Virus record (IMG/VR): IMGVR_UViG_2645727636_000004
Span: 12,925-76,924 of that record
DNA length: 64,000 bases
From: a virus
Lineage: Duplodnaviria > Heunggongvirae > Uroviricota > Caudoviricetes
Strand: one strand, 5' to 3'
The notes under the pieces were generated by a model, which searched no databases, was not told the DNA's origin, and was given only the letters and a program-made list of their open reading frames with translations. Positions 61,590 through 64,000 of the stretch are shown piece after piece. Within the stretch, counting starts at the first letter, position 1. Each line of letters starts with the position of its first letter. The position numbers and the translations under genes are program-made.

Positions 61590-61688
61590 GTACTTTATAA
61601 AATTACCTATGCTCGTGTCATCGCTACTTTGTTGCTTTGTACGCTCACTCGTTAGAGGTCTTGGCGACTAGGTGACTTTATAAAGTAC
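61590..61688 (-). ncRNA. Long hairpin enclosing a GC-rich structured core in the 5' leader
   Basis: ~20-bp stem GUACUUUAUAAAGUCACCUA/UAGGUAAUUUUAUAAAGUAC around a ~59-nt core. Confidence 0.55.
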
Positions 61689-61799
61689 TTATTTTTATGT
61701 ATTTTGTTATTTAAAGTGCAAGTCTTTCATAACTTAATTTCAAGTCTTAATTTTAATATTACTTGGAAGTAAGTTATTTTGTATTTCTTAACTGTCCTT

Positions 61800-61845
61800 A
61801 TATTACCATGTATAGATTATATTCGTCAATGGATTTTATGTATTT
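61800..61845 (-). promoter_or_regulatory. Strong sigA-type early promoter with upstream AAATACATAA box
   Basis: TTGACG-18-TAATAT with TG extension; box 6 nt upstream of -35. Confidence 0.7.
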
Positions 61846-62910
61846 TATTATTTAATTTTTATTGATCTGTTCAAAACGTTGATATTACAGTGTTTATTAG
61901 AAGCATAACATAAATTATTTTGAGTTTCTTCCTATTAAATGAGTAAAACTCAAAATGTGATCTTTACAAAAACAGCAAATGAGAACAAATATTTGCATAT
62001 GTGTTGGATCACATTCATATTCACAGGAATCAATTTAGATATTTAATCTTTCCTCAAATTTCAGAATAAAAATCTCTAATATATAACAGAAAGTGAAAAA
62101 TATCGCCACGACTTTTCCAGAAATCTCAAATGAAAAATTCATAATTAATAACAGCGTGCGGAGAATAGAGCTGAAATTTTTTCATGAATATATTTTGCTA
62201 GTGGTTTATCAAAAGTGGAAAGTTGATTTTAACATTGAGTTATTGGTGGTTGATGTACTTGTATGAACATAAGGAGGTTTAGAGGTAGTCGCATGTTACA
62301 TCTAATAAATTTCAATTTAGTGCAAATCTTGATGACTAATGTGAATTGAATAGGCTAAATAGTTAATTTCTACATTAATAAGAAGAGATTCATTAAGTTC
62401 TCTCTTTAAGAAATAAATAATAGGCAGCACCAGAGAAGTATTTACAGCCTCTTCGGATCATTTAAAGCTGTAAGTGTAGATTCAACGGAAGATGATTCGC
62501 CAACCTCTCTCTAATAAGAAACACGATTTTAAACCAATAAATAAGCAAAAATGGATGAAAAGTTAAAATTAAGTAGATTATTTTTAAAAAACACTTGTAT
62601 CTTACTTATAAGATATATATAATTTACTTATAGCTTACTTGTAAGTTAAATTTCTGAAAGAACTTAAAAGTATTGATGCACAAGAGTTTAATGAAGTTTA
62701 TTTGAAATAACCTAACAAAATTGCTGGTCTGTGAGTAGCTGATTTAACGAAGTAGATAACTAAAAAACACATATCACCCATTAATTAGTTATTGTTATTT
62801 CGAATGGAATATGAAAAATAATCCAATTTTCAGTTATACAAGTTAAGTTGATGTGATATACTTAAGAGGGGAAAATAAAATAACAAAATAAATAAAAAGG
62901 AGAACGGAAA

Positions 62911-63240
62911 ATGATAAATCAATTAAAATTAGTTGTAAATAATTCAGTTGGGTACAATTCAGAGATTAACTATGATAAATATGAGGTTTATAATACTTTA
63001 TTACATATGAATGAATCAGTAAGAGAAGAGTGTATTAATAATATAAATGAAGAGTACGGCTTTGAGTTAGTTGATAAATATGACTTAGCGCGATATGAAA
63101 TTTCGATCAATAATTCAAATGAAGAAGTAGAGCTACCTACATTGTTTACACCAAGTTTCACTAAAGATGAAACCGATTACTATAAAGATCAAATGAAAGA
63201 GCTGCAAAAAGGTTATATGAAGTTGTTGGCTAATCAGTAG
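62911..63240 (+). CDS. Acidic hypothetical protein
   Basis: AAGGAG RBS; first gene of the rightward unit. Confidence 0.65.
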   Translation: MINQLKLVVNNSVGYNSEINYDKYEVYNTLLHMNESVREECINNINEEYGFELVDKYDLARYEISINNSNEEVELPTLFTPSFTKDETDYYKDQMKELQKGYMKLLANQ

Positions 63241-63496
63241 AGTAAAAAGTATATTAATATGTGGTGTAATGACGCTTATTTTTTAAACTTTAAATAAACA
63301 TATACATAACGTTTTGTAGTGAATGGTATTTAGTGACACAGAGAACAAAAACTCCAGTCTACGATTACGCTAGCAATGCCAAAAGCTATTTATTATATGT
63401 GTTTATTTAATATCTCAATATTATTCAAATTAAAGTGTTGGGAGAGGTAATATCAATTATGATCTTGATATATAAAATGCGAAGAAACTATAAGCC

Positions 63497-63749
63497 TATG
63501 TATGAAATTCAGAAAATATAGAATTTGTAAAAATGAAATTTGAAATCTGTAGAATTCCCTAAAGTAAAAATTGAAATGCACAGAATTTCATAAAACGAAA
63601 TCTCAAAACTATAGAATTAAGAAATCAAAATCGTAGAATTTTACATTTTTAAAAATTGAAATCTGTAGAATTTTATAATACGAAAATAGAGATAGATAGA
63701 ATCTTGATTTTTTAATTGTGTGATTTTGAAAATTAAAATCAACAGAATT
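63497..63749 (+). repeat. Degenerate ~31-bp-period array (core AGAATT with phased A-tracts)
   Basis: Cores at 63520, 63551, 63582, 63613, 63635, 63667, 63698 (AGAATC), 63744. Confidence 0.75.
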
Positions 63750-63765
63750 TTAAGGAGTGAGGAAA

Positions 63766-64000
63766 ATGATTAAAGCAAGTATGCCTATGTCAGTTAATAA
63801 ATTTGAGAAACTTATTGAAGATGAAAGATTGAATTTTGATTTTCCAATTCAAAGAGCAGATGAGCAATGGAATCTAATGCAAAAATCATTACTAGTACAA
63901 TCATTAATTGTTGATTATTTTATTCCTCCAGTAGTTACTGCTGCAGAAGTAGAAACTAAAGATGGTAAAACAGCAAATACCTATTGTGTTCTTGATGGTA
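63766..64000 (+). CDS. DUF262/ParB-Srx-fold protein, N-terminal part (truncated by window edge)
   Basis: AAGGAG RBS; FPIQR..EQWN..QKSLLVQSLI...IPP...YCVLDG. Confidence 0.8.
   Translation, partial: MIKASMPMSVNKFEKLIEDERLNFDFPIQRADEQWNLMQKSLLVQSLIVDYFIPPVVTAAEVETKDGKTANTYCVLDG

Larger units (their letters stand above)
1..64000 (-). mobile_element. Internal segment of a large SPbeta-like (YonO-type) siphophage/prophage
   Basis: Gene order RNAP(YonO)-HU-YonK-phosphoesterase-TerS-TerL-portal-protease/scaffold-decoration-capsid-head/tail-tail tube-integrase-TMP-Dit-spike follows the SPbeta yonO..yomG order; no att site or host housekeeping operon seen. Confidence 0.92.

Noticed and set aside
288-61671. 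Most short + strand ORFs in the track (e.g. 288..542, 12695..13054, 14444..14752, 25219..25533, 47183..47443, 54964..55200, 60151..60339)
   Set aside because: Antisense shadows of well-supported minus-strand genes, without RBS
61846-62910. Arbitrium aimR-aimP or a small-peptide locus in the divergent gap
   Set aside because: No TPR-size ORF and no credible signal-peptide ORF; only AT-rich promoter-like DNA
63497-63749. Mini-CRISPR array
   Set aside because: Only a 6-bp core is constant, the period is too short for repeat plus spacer, and no cas genes are present
1-64000. tRNA/rRNA genes, att sites, lysis cassette, host species assignment
   Set aside because: No cloverleaf, rRNA or flanking direct repeats seen; lysis genes probably lie left of the window; host cannot be fixed beyond Bacillota from this sequence

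Overview
AT-rich 64-kb segment of a large SPbeta-like (YonO-type) temperate siphophage/prophage of a Bacillota host. Almost all genes are on the minus strand. Reading right to left: an early/host-takeover operon (RpoA alpha-CTD-domain protein, pistol ribozyme, Rho-N-like protein, DnaN clamp, small ORFs); a Rep-like gene with iteron-like repeats; a CoiA-like nuclease; a YonO-type RNA polymerase with a non-canonical DFDYD motif; HU, YonK and a phosphoesterase; terminases, portal, protease/scaffold, capsid, head-tail and tail-tube genes; a ~10-kb accessory island (tyrosine recombinase, two zinc-ribbon endonucleases, two antirepressor-like paralogs, XRE, lipoprotein, PemK/MazF-type TA pair); a ~3,030-aa tape measure gene split by two group I introns; then Dit, a long spike and a PAAR-like protein. 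The larger intron carries a self-contained cargo in its P8 loop: a PBECR-like RNase gene, a downstream kissing-loop RNA, a terminator and an IS605 end relic. Two strand-oriented short motifs recur across the window (AAATACATAA, >30 copies; TAGGGGA, >=15 copies). A ~31-bp-period array precedes a DUF262/ParB-like gene at the right edge. All assignments are from motif reading by eye; no database search was run.
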